Positions 27,092-40,189 are shown, numbered from the stretch's first letter. The stretch is DNA of 64,000 nt from Octopus vulgaris (GCA_951406725.2 OX597826.1:68324001-68388000), one strand, 5' to 3'. A program made the numbers and translations. The notes: a model not told the origin generated them from the letters alone.

Positions 27092-28320
27092 TATGCGTAT
27101 ATATGCATATGCGTATATATGTGTGTGTGATGTTGGGTTCGTGTTTGAGTGCGTATGCGCGTCCATGCATGCATACCATATGCAAGAACGCCGTCCCTGG
27201 GATTACAGATTAAACACATTAGACATAGTGTGTTTGCACACCGCCATTCCTATAAATGCATTTCCTTTCAGCATATTTCGTTTTCAGATAGACAATTCTT
27301 ACTACATGATGGTTAACTGTAGGGTTAATAATTACATAACATTATACTAAACCTTCATACACGATCGGCTTTTATACTAACAATACTAATGGCAAGAATG
27401 TTTTCCTGACAGAAAACTAATACATATCGATTTTAATACGGCATATTTATTTATATGCAGCTACGCAAACTGTCTAACCAACATGGCTCCGTTGGTTTTA
27501 TTGCATTTCTTAAATTATGTTTTTTATCCGGAGGTCAACGCCTCATCTAACAGACCAATGATTAAAAGCAATCTAAACCACACTACAATACTCCGCTGAT
27601 ATTTTGGGGACCACCTCTGTCTACATAAACCCCCAAACCGCTGCTTGTTATTACTTTCCCTTGATATAATTTAGAGGAAGTGGTGGTTGTCACTTCTTGC
27701 AGTTTTAGTAACCAAGAAGAGGCTCTCTTTGTCGGTTTCATAAACATCTATATCAACAGCTGTAACGGAATGGTATTACTATCGTTTTACTACCGACATA
27801 TTAAATATACTGTTTTCTGATGTTTTGTCTGTATGTACGACTACAAAATCTAAATCTGTCTCTCGGGACATCAAATCAAAGAATGTTTTTAATGTGTCCA
27901 AATAACAAATAGTCACTTAACGGAACAATTAAAAGCTACGCTTGGTAAATGTTGGAACCAAATACAACCATTCTGATTTCTGTATTGAACATGATAAAAA
28001 TAATATTAATAAAAATAAATTATTCTTTTACGAATCTCGTATTTTGTCAAAATAGCCATTAAGCTGATGAAACACAAACGGTCGTGGTTCATGGCTGTGT
28101 GCATCGGTAGCTCCTTTCGCAACAATGTGGTTCCGGTTTCCATTCACTTTGTGGCGTCTTGGGGAACCGGTTTCAAATACAGTCACGGAATGGACAATAG
28201 CACAAATATTATCAAAGTTGTTAATGTATGAATGTTAGTGAGATGTTCCGCATATATTGACCTTGATGTTAATAACATATTAAATACATAAAAGTCTAAC
28301 TAAATGCTTTGGGCACATGC

Positions 28321-28351
<31 letters not shown>

Positions 28352-28352
<1 letters not shown>

Positions 28353-28653
28353 TCTTTTATTTGTTTCAGTCATGTGTCTGCGGCCACCCTGGAGCACCAC
28401 CTTTAGTCGAACAAATCGACCACAGAACTTATTCTTCGTAAGCCTAGTACTAATTTTATCGTTCTCTTTTGCCGAACAGCTAAGTTATGGGCAAGTAAAC
28501 ACCCCAGCACCGTTTGTCAAGCGATAGTGAGGGGACAAACACAGACACAGAAACACACACACGCACACACACACGCACACACACAGATATGGGACTGAAC
28601 CGGAACCATGTGGTTGGTAAGCAAGCTACTTACGACAGAGCCCCTCCTGCGCC
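28352..28653 (-). mobile_element. SINE family A with internal deletion
   Basis: Tail half plus head (gggactgaaccggaaccatgtgg...ctcctgcgcct); core missing. Confidence 0.85.
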
Positions 28654-28764
28654 TAGTCCGCAGCATATATTTCTTACACATCTACGTGCAGTAGGGTGCT
28701 ATTAATTAATTTCTTTATGGTTCGTTGATGAGGTCATGATTAGAACTTTGAGTTATTATATACA

Positions 28765-28796
<32 letters not shown>

Positions 28797-29418
28797 ACGA
28801 ATATGTTAGAAATTCACCGAGATTTCTTACACAGTGCAATGAAATAAAATGTCAAACGTTGGTACGAATGAACAGGTGTGTCTTTGCTCTGGGCATTTAT
28901 ACCTAGAATTATCGTTATTAACAGATTGTAAAAGAACAGAAACAGCTTTGACACTGTTAAAAATTAATTCCCCTTGTGCGGTCTAGCGGTAATATACGTT
29001 AGCTACTGATATCAATTATCCTGATATCAATTATTATACTGATATCAATTGTACCACCCTTGCAAAAACCAATGGAAGATATGATCACGCGATAATGCGA
29101 TCAAATGCTAGGAAAATTAGAAGGCAGCAGAAATTAATCTTCTTGTTCCATATGATACACATACGCACTAATATATACACTCACAGTTACACGGCTAAAA
29201 CATTTCGATATACTTGCACAGCCAGGTAGTTGTATTTGTATAAGTATACAGCCATAAGGGTAAATAAGCATATACTTATATCCATTTCTATTCTTATAGA
29301 TATTTACACGCATACATCATTAAATAGTTGTCCTATACATTACAATATGCCTTTGTGATATACAATAACAGCACTGGTTAACATACAGTGTGTGCATATG
29401 TATGTGTAGATGTGTCTA

Positions 29419-29500
<82 letters not shown>

Positions 29501-30183
29501 ACATATATGTACATAATATATGTATGTATGGATGGATACATGTGTCTGAGAGCGTATTCCGTGTTTGCGTACGTGTACTCATATATTTAAGTGCTTTTGT
29601 GCCGATATGTGTATATGTACGTGTAATTTTCTGTACTAATTAACCCGTTGATAAATATTTAAATATGCAAATATGGCGAAGTAGTCTTTTGACAGAGTTG
29701 TTAAGGCGTCAGAATGACTTGTGGCTTTTGTTTCTTCTCACCAGGTTCAATTCCATTGGTGGTCGATAAATAATAAACAATCTTTCCTCGTGTTGTACTC
29801 TGCCAGAACTGGTTACAACCAACAGAATGGTTTTGCACAAAAAGGCAATGAGAAAACATCTTTGAATTCTCCCACGAAAATTTCTTGTCAATGAAGACAC
29901 CAGTCATCTGTTGTCAGTAAAATAGTGTTTGCTCTATGTGAATGCGGGCATGCGTATAACTCTGTATTTATATATACATGTATGTTTGTATGTATTTGTT
30001 TATGTAAGTATTTATGTGTGTATATATGTACGTGTTTTATGTGCATATGTTTGTATATGATTATTCAATTTTATCTCAAGATTTCATGCGAATAGAAAAA
30101 GAACCGGTTTCAAACCTAGATCCATGGCTCCTTCTTTTGAATTTCAGCAACACCAGCGGAGTATGAATGTAGGTGTGTATGTA

Positions 30184-30680
30184 CCGTAAATCCTCGAGTA
30201 TAATCCGCATTTTTTCCCAAAATTTAAAGTTCAAAATCCCTAGTGCGTACTATATACGAGGTTAAAAATGAAAAATATGTTCTAAGCAATGTCCAAGTCT
30301 CTATTTGCTGTCCGGCAATGTTTATTCAGATGCATTTTGCGATGTCGGGCGCGAAAATACCTTAAGCTACGCCTGAAAGCAATGAAGTCATAAAAGAATC
30401 ATCCATAACTTGCAGTAAGCAACATTTATTAAAATAAAAGTATTCAGAACAAAGAATAACATGTAACAAAAGCAATTTGCATTCCAATATAACAGTTAAG
30501 AACATCACCATTATTGTATTACGCATGCGCGGAAGTGTTTGTTCGACTAGGTGCTGCTGGATTAATTACGCACGACTCAAGTTAGATAAGGATGCGTATT
30601 ATACACAAGGTTTAGGTACAGGCCCCTAAAAATTCCCTACGTATTATACTCAAGGGCGGACTATACTTGAGGATTTACGG
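30184..30680. mobile_element. Tc2/pogo-like MITE, copy 2 (inverted relative to 428-934)
   Basis: TA|CCGTAAATCCTCGAGTATAATCCGC ... GCGGACTATACTTGAGGATTTACGG|TA. Confidence 0.92.
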
Positions 30681-31268
30681 TAAATGTGCGGATTCGTATA
30701 TTTTTTTTATGTATGATTTCTCATGTATATCTAGACATGCTCATATATACTAAAGTGATAAACATCTGGAAAGTTTTTTACAGATTTTTACAGTTCCAGT
30801 GATGTATGCATGTATCTAAATATGGATAGATGGATGTACGTGTTTATGTGTGTATAAGTGAAGACTCGTAGCCTAGTCGTTATGACATGGCACTCGCGAT
30901 CTCGAGATTGTAGGTACGATTGCCGTGCAGGGTGGTGCATTGATTTCTTGAGCAAAGCACTTCATCTCACAATGCCATGCGTTGACTTCGACATCTGACA
31001 TGCAGCATGCCGTGCACCTGTTTAAGCACCTGTTCTGGTTCGATTTGATGGACAGAGTGAGCTAATGAATATCACCTAAAATTTGATCAATATAAAAAAG
31101 AAGTCACCTTTGCAGCACGTTCAGCAACAAAGTTCATTACACCTTTCCAAATTTTACTGCCATTTTGTGTTAGGGATGCTTGTGTACTCGTGTATGCGTG
31201 CAAGTGTACGTTTATGCGTGTGCGCGTGTGTGTGTCTGTGTGTATTTGCTGGCGCGTGTATGTGTGTG

Positions 31269-31504
31269 TAAAGCCTAGCCAGGCTCATGGGCCCGGTTTC
31301 CCGGTTGCAATGGCGTATGTGTTCCCCAGCTGGACGGGACGCCAGTCCATCGCAGCGTTACTCATTTTTGTCAGCTGAGTGGACTGGAGAAACGTGAAAT
31401 GAAGTGTCTTGCTCAAGAACACAACGCGTCGCCCGGTCCAGGAATCGAAACCACAATCTTACGATCATGATGCTGACAATCTAACCACAAAGCCACGAGC
31501 CTCC
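31269..31504 (-). mobile_element. tRNA/CORE-like SINE group C, tail variant 1
   Basis: Colinear with 10545-10768; intact B-box-like GGTTTCGATTCC on the minus strand. Confidence 0.9.
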
Positions 31505-31637
31505 TGTGTGTGTAGCTAATCTCATTTCAATTTATGTCAATCACCTTTGTCATAAATACAGTTCTACAGCATTTTTGTAATCTGTAGTATAATACAGACG
31601 CCTGAGAGTCCTGTGTTCTAGAGTTAAGAAACAATAG

Positions 31638-31676
31638 GTGCTGATGACGCCTGCTGAGGCAGAAACACTAGTCCAC
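31638..31676 (+). ncRNA. Minimal type I hammerhead ribozyme motif
   Basis: GTG-CTGATGA-cGCCT(gctg)AGGCa-GAAAC-ACTA-GTC-CAC; palindrome ACTAGT in stem III; short stem I and C.A mismatch at 10.1:11.1. Confidence 0.6.
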
Positions 31677-32105
31677 AGCAGTGCTATTCAGGTTCTCAGA
31701 CAGGTCTGTGCTTAATGGCTTGCCAGTTTTAGAAAATCTTTGTTATTCGTATTCATACTCCCATTTTCTATTAAAGTTTACTTCTAATATGTCACGTGGA
31801 ATAAATTCATTAAATTAATTAAATTGCCACACTTCACAGAGGGGTAATTAATATATCCTTATTCGTCTTAATCATTCAAATACAATGACATTGTCTCCTG
31901 TGTTTCTCATTGCTCTTTTGTATGTTATATAATGTCTGTGTGTGTGTGAGTGTGGGGGTGTATGATTATGAAGATCGCTTTGCAACCACGCGAACTCTGG
32001 TTCGGTCCCACTACGTAGAAACTTCAGCAAGTGTTCTCCACCATAATTCGGGTCTGACAATGCCGCGTTAGTAACTTTGGTATGTGAAGCAGTGCGGAAG
32101 TCCGT

Positions 32106-32201
<96 letters not shown>

Positions 32202-32284
32202 GGTCCCGGGTTGATTCGGGGTTAACCACAGTAAATAAGGTACTCAATACATAGCAGAGTAAAATTAATTTATTATATAGAAGG

Positions 32285-32335
32285 AGCTTCTACAGGACTA
32301 GAACTGTTTCATTCAAGAGAAATCTTCAGGAAGCT
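32285..32335 (-). ncRNA. Type I hammerhead ribozyme (inverted copy)
   Basis: Exact reverse complement of 33660-33710. Confidence 0.8.
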
Positions 32336-32901
32336 AGTTAACAAGAATTGTATTGGCATTTATACATTTAGGCAGGTTTAAAGGGGTGGTGGTGGGGGAA
32401 TTTTGGGGGGTAGGCATAGCGCAAAATATCATACTTGGGGGAGTGGTCAAGGAGTCAGTGGTAAATTAGATAAAAGAATAAATAAAAAAAAAAAATATAT
32501 ATAAAAAAGAATAGAGTTTTAGGTAAATAAGGAGATTCTCACTTATACCTGTACACGTATGTATACATATATACACACACATACATACACATATACATAC
32601 ACACATACATACACACACACACATATATACATATATATACACATACACATACATATACATATCTACACATACACACATATATATACATACACTCGCTCAC
32701 ATGCATACACGTATACACACATGTATATATACACACACGACCACACATACATATACACACAGAAAAATATATATACATACACACACATACACATACACGC
32801 ATACACACATATATATCCATATACACACATGCACACACAGCACACTAGTCCCTATATACACATATACACACATACACACATATATATACATACACATACA
32901 T

Positions 32902-32959
<58 letters not shown>

Positions 32960-33376
32960 GTGTACCTATACATACCTACACATACACACATATATATATA
33001 TACATACAAATACAGACCCATTCCCTAATTTTAATTTTATTATCTTCATTTATTACTTTTGTTATCTTTGACCGCTGGTCCCAAGCATCTTGACTATGAC
33101 AGCAAGTCCATTTATCTGTCTACTTGAAAACAAGCACTCATTCACGCACGCACACTCATTAGCACGTACACTCACTCATTCGTACACTCATACACATACA
33201 TGCACGCGCGCGTTATATTCATACATTCATACATCTACATACATTCACGTATATACATATACGTACGCGTACCTACAGATTCATGTCAACACTCTTAGAA
33301 GGCTAGTCTATACATATACACCAATAAATATATATAAACACACATACATATACACCTACATACAAATACATACATA

Positions 33377-33418
<42 letters not shown>

Positions 33419-33659
33419 CATATATATACATATATATATATATACACATATATATATATACACATATATATATATACACACATACACATACATACATATA
33501 CACACATACACATACATACGTATACATACATACATACATCCATACATACATACATACATACATTTATACACATACACACACCCATATATATATATATACA
33601 TACACATACATACATATACATACATGCATATACAAATATACGCACACACATTGTTAACT

Positions 33660-33710
33660 AGCTTCCTGAAGATTTCTCTTGAATGAAACAGTTCTAGTCC
33701 TGTAGAAGCT
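33660..33710 (+). ncRNA. Type I hammerhead ribozyme
   Basis: Stem I AGCTTC/GAAGCT (6 bp), CTGAAGA, stem II tTTC(tctt)GAAt, GAAA, stem III ACAG/CTGT, GTA triplet (predicted cut after 33704). Confidence 0.8.
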
Positions 33711-33719
33711 CCTTCTATA

Positions 33720-33812
<93 letters not shown>

Positions 33813-34336
33813 TTATTTAGACTAAACACTTCAAGTTCATGCCCCAGCACGGTCGCAGTACAATGAGTAAAACAAGTAAAAGCTTTTGTGTGTGTGTATG
33901 TATGAGTGAGTGTGTGTATGTGAATGTGCGTATGTGTGGGTGCGTGTGTGTTTGAGAGGGTGTGTGCATCTGCGTGTGTGAGCAGTCTAAAAGGTTAACA
34001 TGAGTCCCTTTGCGTCCATCAACAAGATAGGAAGAAAGAAATGCGTGGGTTGGGTCGTTATAATCGATAGGACCCTTGATATCAGTGTCCTAGTACGACT
34101 GGCAATCAACAGACTGAAACCCGTAACAAAATATAGCTGTATGAACACTTACGTTGTGTGTGTGTGTGTGTGCGAGTTTGTGTGCGTGTGTGTGCGTGTG
34201 TGTTATGGTGTAAACCTGTTTACCTCTGTTGGAGAGAGTGCCGGTGTCTGTAAATATAATATCTTCTGTAAGAGTGTTTTAGCCAACCTATTTGCATACA
34301 TTAACTTGTTTGAAAATGAGTGCGTGTGGGTACATA

Positions 34337-34388
<52 letters not shown>

Positions 34389-35555
34389 TATATATGTATA
34401 TATATATTTGCATATATACATAAATACATATATATGTACACACATACATATCTGTATACACAAATTCACACACATATGCCAAAAGCGCAAACTCAATTAT
34501 ATCCGTATATGCGTCAGTGCACTTTCTGTTGTATAAATGTATATATATATATGTGTGTGTGTGTGAGTGTGTGTGTGTGAGTGAGTGTGTGTGTATACAT
34601 ACATACATATACATACATACATATATATGTATATTTATATATATATATGTATATATATATATATACCTGTATATCTATACACACACACACACATATATAT
34701 GTGTGTGAGAGATTGAGTGTATGTGCATACATACACATACACACAATATGGATCCCTTCCACCTTTCACGTTCTTTCTCTCTTTCATTTCTCTCACCACA
34801 CATACACACACGCACTTACACACACATACACATACACTTACACACACCTAATGCTATGCTAATGCGCGCCTTCTTGTACACTTATTGTGTTTGCGTTTGT
34901 ATGAGTGATTGTGCGTGTGTTGTGTGACAGCTTTATGAATGGGGTACGTATTCTAATCACGCACCCGTTCACCCTCTTGAAAAATACAACTTTCTCAATG
35001 ATACTTATAAGTCACCTGGCTTAGAAAAGCTCTCAAGCGTTCCATTAATCTGACTTGCCGAACCACCCTGAGTGTCGCCTGGCTAAACCACAAACGATGT
35101 TGTAGTTTAGATGTAATCCTCCACCAGCTGTCATAAAAACAAGTTGGAAAATATACTCATACACACACACACGAATCCACATAAACGCACTTAAGCACAC
35201 ATAAACACTTAAACGCACACACACACACACAAACACACACATACAAACACTCGCATACTCTATTGCGCATATGAATGCACATACACACACACACGAGCGC
35301 TTAAGCGATCCCTCAGAAACAGTCACATATATTCTCGGCCACACACACACACACACACATACATACACGCACCCACAGCCACATTTACACGCTCGACTCT
35401 ATCAAAAAGACGCATACACACACAGACACACACACAAGCATACATGTACACGCACGCACACACAAATATATTTATATGTAAATCCACTCTCATTTACACG
35501 AGCGTGCGAGCACATTGCGGACATATCCTCCATCTTTCTCCCTCTATCTATCTAC

Positions 35556-35631
<76 letters not shown>

Positions 35632-35780
35632 TTATCTGTCTGTCTGTCTGGCTCTCTGTCTGTTTGTCTGTTCAGTCTGTGTATATATGTGTGTATGTGT
35701 CATATATGATATATAATATAAATATATAATATATAAATTGAATATATAATATATAAATACGCAAATGTATGAATATAATG

Positions 35781-35816
<36 letters not shown>

Positions 35817-35849
35817 GAGGGAGAGAGGAAGAGAGAGATGTATGTACGT

Positions 35850-36132
35850 TCCCCTTGTTTACATTTAACACGGATAGCATAGATAAATAGTTACCAGGGT
35901 AGCAAAAAATTCACACAAGTTAAAAGAGTGTAAATCCTTGTTTTTTAAGTTAGAAACTCCGGGTTTACGCGAATTATTTTGTATAATAAATATAGATAAA
36001 TAAATGGAGTTAAAAGCAGGTGTTATCCAAATTCTTTTACTTCCGACACATGTTTCGAAGATATGATTGGATTTATTCCAAAGGAATATAATGGTGTGGT
36101 GTAAAAGAATGTAGTCTTCTCTTCAGGGAAAT
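35850..36132 (-). mobile_element. PLE-like terminal repeat fragment
   Basis: Similar to 14425-14679 (ccagggtagcaaa...aatggagtt...ccaaattctttta...cgaca.atg.ttcgaaga); contains a complete hammerhead. Confidence 0.7.
36039..36132 (-). ncRNA. Type I hammerhead ribozyme with long stem II insertion
   Basis: Minus: ATTTCC-CTGAAGA-GAAGA...TCTTC-GAAAC-ATGT-GTC-GGAAGT; canonical G10.1:C11.1; palindromic ACATGT stem III; GUC triplet. Confidence 0.8.
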
Positions 36133-36309
36133 GAAGATATATAACTCATCAATAAGACATTTTAACAAAATATGATGGAATTGTAAAGTGATGAACTGAA
36201 CGCTATTAAATGGTTTTTTTAAAAAAAACTTTAGAGGATATAACCTCAAATGTACCGTATAGAAATTTTGTGGGAGAATTCAAAGATGTTTTCTCATCGC
36301 CTTCTTCAG

Positions 36310-36455
36310 ACACTTTTTTTTACATAGCTTAGATAAGCTAAAGGACCGCTGCAATGAATATAGACACCCGAGAGGAGAATATTTGGAATAAAATCATAAT
36401 TAACTGATTCTCCTGTAATTTTTTTCAAAGCAAAGAACTTCATACCATCACTAGT
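36310..36455 (+). pseudogene. Mariner transposase C-terminal remnant with decayed right TIR
   Basis: Frame FLHSLDKLKDRCNEYRHPRGEYLE* resembles the mariner end GIxKLxxRWxKCIxxxGxYxE*. Confidence 0.55.
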
Positions 36456-36589
36456 GCACGCACGCTTGCACACAGACACACACGCATATATGTGTGTGTG
36501 TTTGCGTGTGTGTGTGTGTGTGTGTGCGTGTGTGTATGTATGTACGTAAGTATTCGCAAACACACTCCCAAAGTTGGATGAACAGGTAG

Positions 36590-36911
36590 GTACGTAAATT
36601 ATCGAAACCGAAAGGATGAAAGGCAAGATCGACCTCGGCGGAATTTGAACTCAGAACGTAGCGACGGGCAAAATACCTATTTCTTTACTACCCACAAGGG
36701 GCTGAAGACAGAGATGACAAACAAGGACTGACAAACTGATTAAGTCGATTACATCGACTCCAGTGCGTAACTAGTACTTAATTTATCGGCCCCGAAATGA
36801 TGAAAAGCAAAGTCGACCGCGGCGGAATTTGAACTCAGAACGTAGCGACGGGCAAAATACCGCTGAGTATTTCACCGAGCGTGCTAACAATTCTGCCAGC
36901 TCGCCACCTTA
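36590..36911 (-). mobile_element. SINE family B dimer (distal unit truncated)
   Basis: Two tandem bodies, one tail1 and one head. Confidence 0.9.
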
Positions 36912-37535
36912 GAAATAATTTTCAGTGTAGGTTAAATCTGACTGAAGGTCACTTAAGTTCTCCTTAAATATAATCAAACATATTTATACAGAAAAATGTG
37001 TCGGTAGGTTATAGAAAAGACTCGAGTGACTCCACTCCTTCATTAATTTATCACTGGAATTTAGATCAAGTGGTTTATACACCAGGAAAACAATAGAGAA
37101 AAGAAAAACTTGTTTAAAGAAATTAGAGGATATTAAGTTTCAAACTGGCTAGGAAAGTATGTCGTTACTAGAATTGTAATAAATTTAGTCGGTAGCATAT
37201 ATTAGTTTCATGTTAAAAAAACATATGCAATAGATTATTTATACTCTAATTGATTTATCGATGAAAAATATATATATATATATTGGAATATCCTATTAAA
37301 ATAGAGAATAAAACTAAAAAGCTATAATCATAAGGCAACGCGAACAAAAATATATTAATTATCTTTAATTGTAAAGAGGAAAAAACAATTGAAAGCGCAA
37401 TATTTACAGGCGCTATTTTGTAGTTAGATTCAAGAGTGAAAAGGTATAAAGTCACTAGCCATATATTAATAGATTAATCTTAGGAAATTCTATTAACTGA
37501 TGCCTACTTCTGTAGGCATCAGAACGTAGCGACGG

Positions 37536-37619
<84 letters not shown>

Positions 37620-38101
37620 TATATGTATGTATATATATATATATATATATATTTATAAATATATATGTATGTATATATATATGTATATATATATATGCTT
37701 ATATATATAAGTAAATATATATATGTGTGTATACAGATAAATATGTATATAACTATAAATATAAACATATATATAATATATATATATATATGTATGTATG
37801 TATGTATGCATGTATGTGCATATATGTATTTATACAAGCACACATACACGCACATACATATATATACATATACACATATGTACATACGTGGATACGTATG
37901 AATATACGTATATACACACACATATATATATACATATGTATATATGTATAAATGTATATATATATATATATATTTGTGTGTGGGGGGGAGAGTGTGTGTG
38001 TATGTGCATGTGTGTGTATAACAAGCAAAATAGCTAGTAATATAATCTGAAGAAGAGACTGAGTAGTGACGTATAGAAAACAGTATGGCGCGATTCACCA
38101 C

Positions 38102-38286
38102 ATCAAAGTAGAAGTTGAATGTTACTGCTAGTTTAACCCCGGGGAAAAAATGAGTCAGTCCCGCGATTCTGTCAGCTGCTGGCGAATATATTGCATATAA
38201 ATCCTGCAGAATATTGCACCGATAAAAAACTGGCTAGGAATCCGCCTGCGGTTAAACTAACTGTAATATTCAACTGCCACTTTGAT
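38102..38286. mobile_element. 185-bp inverted-repeat element (unclassified MITE-like)
   Basis: 37-bp inverted repeats 38102-38138 / 38250-38286 with 5 mismatches; abuts (TA)n on the right. Confidence 0.7.
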
Positions 38287-38351
38287 ATATATATACTGTT
38301 AATATATATATATATATATATATACACATACATATATATATATATATACAT

Positions 38352-38430
<79 letters not shown>

Positions 38431-38569
38431 TATATACATATATATATATATATAAACAGATTAAATAGATGCAAATGACAATCCAATAATTTATTCATAT
38501 CATAATATAGCATAATCTGCTATGCATATGATATAATATAATATAACATAAGCAATTATTTAAAACACC

Positions 38570-38729
38570 AAAAAGCCAACAACGTATTTCGACTTATATA
38601 CATTTTTTGATATATAAAGAATAAATTTCCTTTATATGTAGGTCCTCTTAGGGCAATTGGCGTGTAAGGGAATTGAATTATTTATGTATAAAAACATGTA
38701 TATAAGTCGAAACAAATTGTTGTCTTTTT
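38570..38729. mobile_element. Decayed PLE-like fold-back with an eroded hammerhead
   Basis: 38570-38606 is inverted against 38691-38729; minus strand CTAAGA-GGAC...GTC-GAAATACGTT. Confidence 0.45.
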
Positions 38730-38769
38730 CTTTTCTTTTTTTAATAATTGTTTGTTATAAAATAATAGT

Positions 38770-39100
38770 GGGAGACCTCCTTCTGTCTTGAATGACCATG
38801 GGATTGCACCTAGAAAGTTACCCTCCGAGTTACTTGTCCGGGCAATGTTGTTTATGGAAGACCAGCAGTCGCCCATGCATACCAGCCTTCCCTCTCCGCG
38901 CCACCAATGTTATCCAGTGGAAAGGCAAAAGCCGATAGAGCTTGGCGCCTGTGACATTCGCAACTCATTTCCACAGCTGAGTAAACTGGAGAAGCATGAA
39001 ATAAAGTGTCTTGCTCAAGAACACAACACACAGCCCGGTATAGGAATCGAACTCACAACTGTAAACTCGACGCTCTAATCACTGAGCTATGCGCCTTCAC
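38770..39100 (-). mobile_element. tRNA/CORE-like SINE group C, tail variant 2
   Basis: Head plus CORE-like GTGTTCTTGAGCAAGACACTTTATTTC; same family at 46628-46962 (-) and 62506-62772 (+). Confidence 0.88.
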
Positions 39101-39283
39101 TATATTATAGTATATTCAATGTATATTATGTTATAGTATAAATAAATTAATGGATTGTCATTTGTATCTCTAATTTATTGTTTGTAATTTGCAGTACGCC
39201 CATATTTATGTGGTATTCAATCGACTTAGCAGCAAATTACATGTTTTACACACCCCATGGAAGGAATATTTTCCTATGCTTGT

Positions 39284-39351
<68 letters not shown>

Positions 39352-39358
39352 ATACATA

Positions 39359-40160
39359 CAGGGTGCGGTGAATAAACTGTCGCCTGTATTACGCAGAGAA
39401 AAAAATAACACTGAAATCTCATTTTAACAGATATATTTATCATAATTACATAAAACTATCTTCAAATACTAAAGAGTAAATTGATTCAAAAATCGCCATT
39501 GGATTCAACCGCGGCCTCTATACGACTGCTGAATTTCCTGCAACTCTTCTGGACGATCTCCTTAAGTAGGTGAATGCTGCCATAATCTTTGCCTTCAGTT
39601 CATCTTTGTTATTACAAGGAGTTTTGTTGATCTCCCGCTCAACTTCACCCTACGCATAATAAAAATTGGACCTTTCCCTCCTTGAATGAGGAATACCGAA
39701 TATCTTCATAAACTACGTGCCTGACAAGAGACTGAGACACATCCATGTCCTTGGCTATGGACTAGATTGACTTGGGAGGGATCGTTGTGAATCATGGCCT
39801 GGATCTCACCAACAAATCGGAGAGTTCTTTTCTCATCAGAACAATCAGAGTGAGCTTTCCGAGCTGTCAAACCTTGGCAATCCCCGTTAGACTCGTCCAA
39901 CTCTTTCCGAATCCTCTGCACTGTCCTTAGTGAAACACTCTGAAATGTACGCATTCGAGCTTAAGGTGCGTATACCAAGCAAGACAAAATGTCGTTTCCA
40001 AATTTTTGACAGGGTGAATTGCGGCATGGTGCTGTTTTTTCTCACAGACGGTGCCGGACTGAATCTTACTACACCGTGTAGTCGACAAAATCACAATCAA
40101 ACAATGCGCATGCACCAAATTAAATCTATAACATAGCGACAATTTACACATCGCAAACCA
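39359..40160 (-). mobile_element. Internally deleted Tc1/mariner (DD37D/maT-like) transposon with transposase pseudogene (about 39478-40027)
   Basis: TA|CAGGGTGCGGTGAATAAACTGTCGCC TIR with a decayed partner at about 40135-40160; N-terminal ...RTVQRIRKELDESNG...EIQAMIHNDPS; C-terminal ...EVEREINKTPCNNKDELKAKIMAAF...SCRKFSSRIEAAVESNGDF; catalytic middle deleted. Confidence 0.88.
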
Positions 40161-40189
40161 CTTTTGTTTTTCAAAATGTAACCGCGTGT

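Larger units (their letters stand above)
32199..33729. mobile_element. 1.5-kb non-coding PLE-like element with perfect 79-bp inverted repeats, each carrying a hammerhead
   Basis: 32266-32344 is the exact reverse complement of 33651-33729; 67-bp unpaired extension at 32199-32265; (TA)n on both sides; interior mostly (CA/TA) microsatellite. Confidence 0.9.

Noticed and set aside
29742-29907. Minus-strand exon MTGVFIDKKFSWENSK...
   Set aside because: It has splice-like signals, but part of it is duplicated at about 36261-36306 among transposon debris and no homology is recognisable; unresolved rather than supported.
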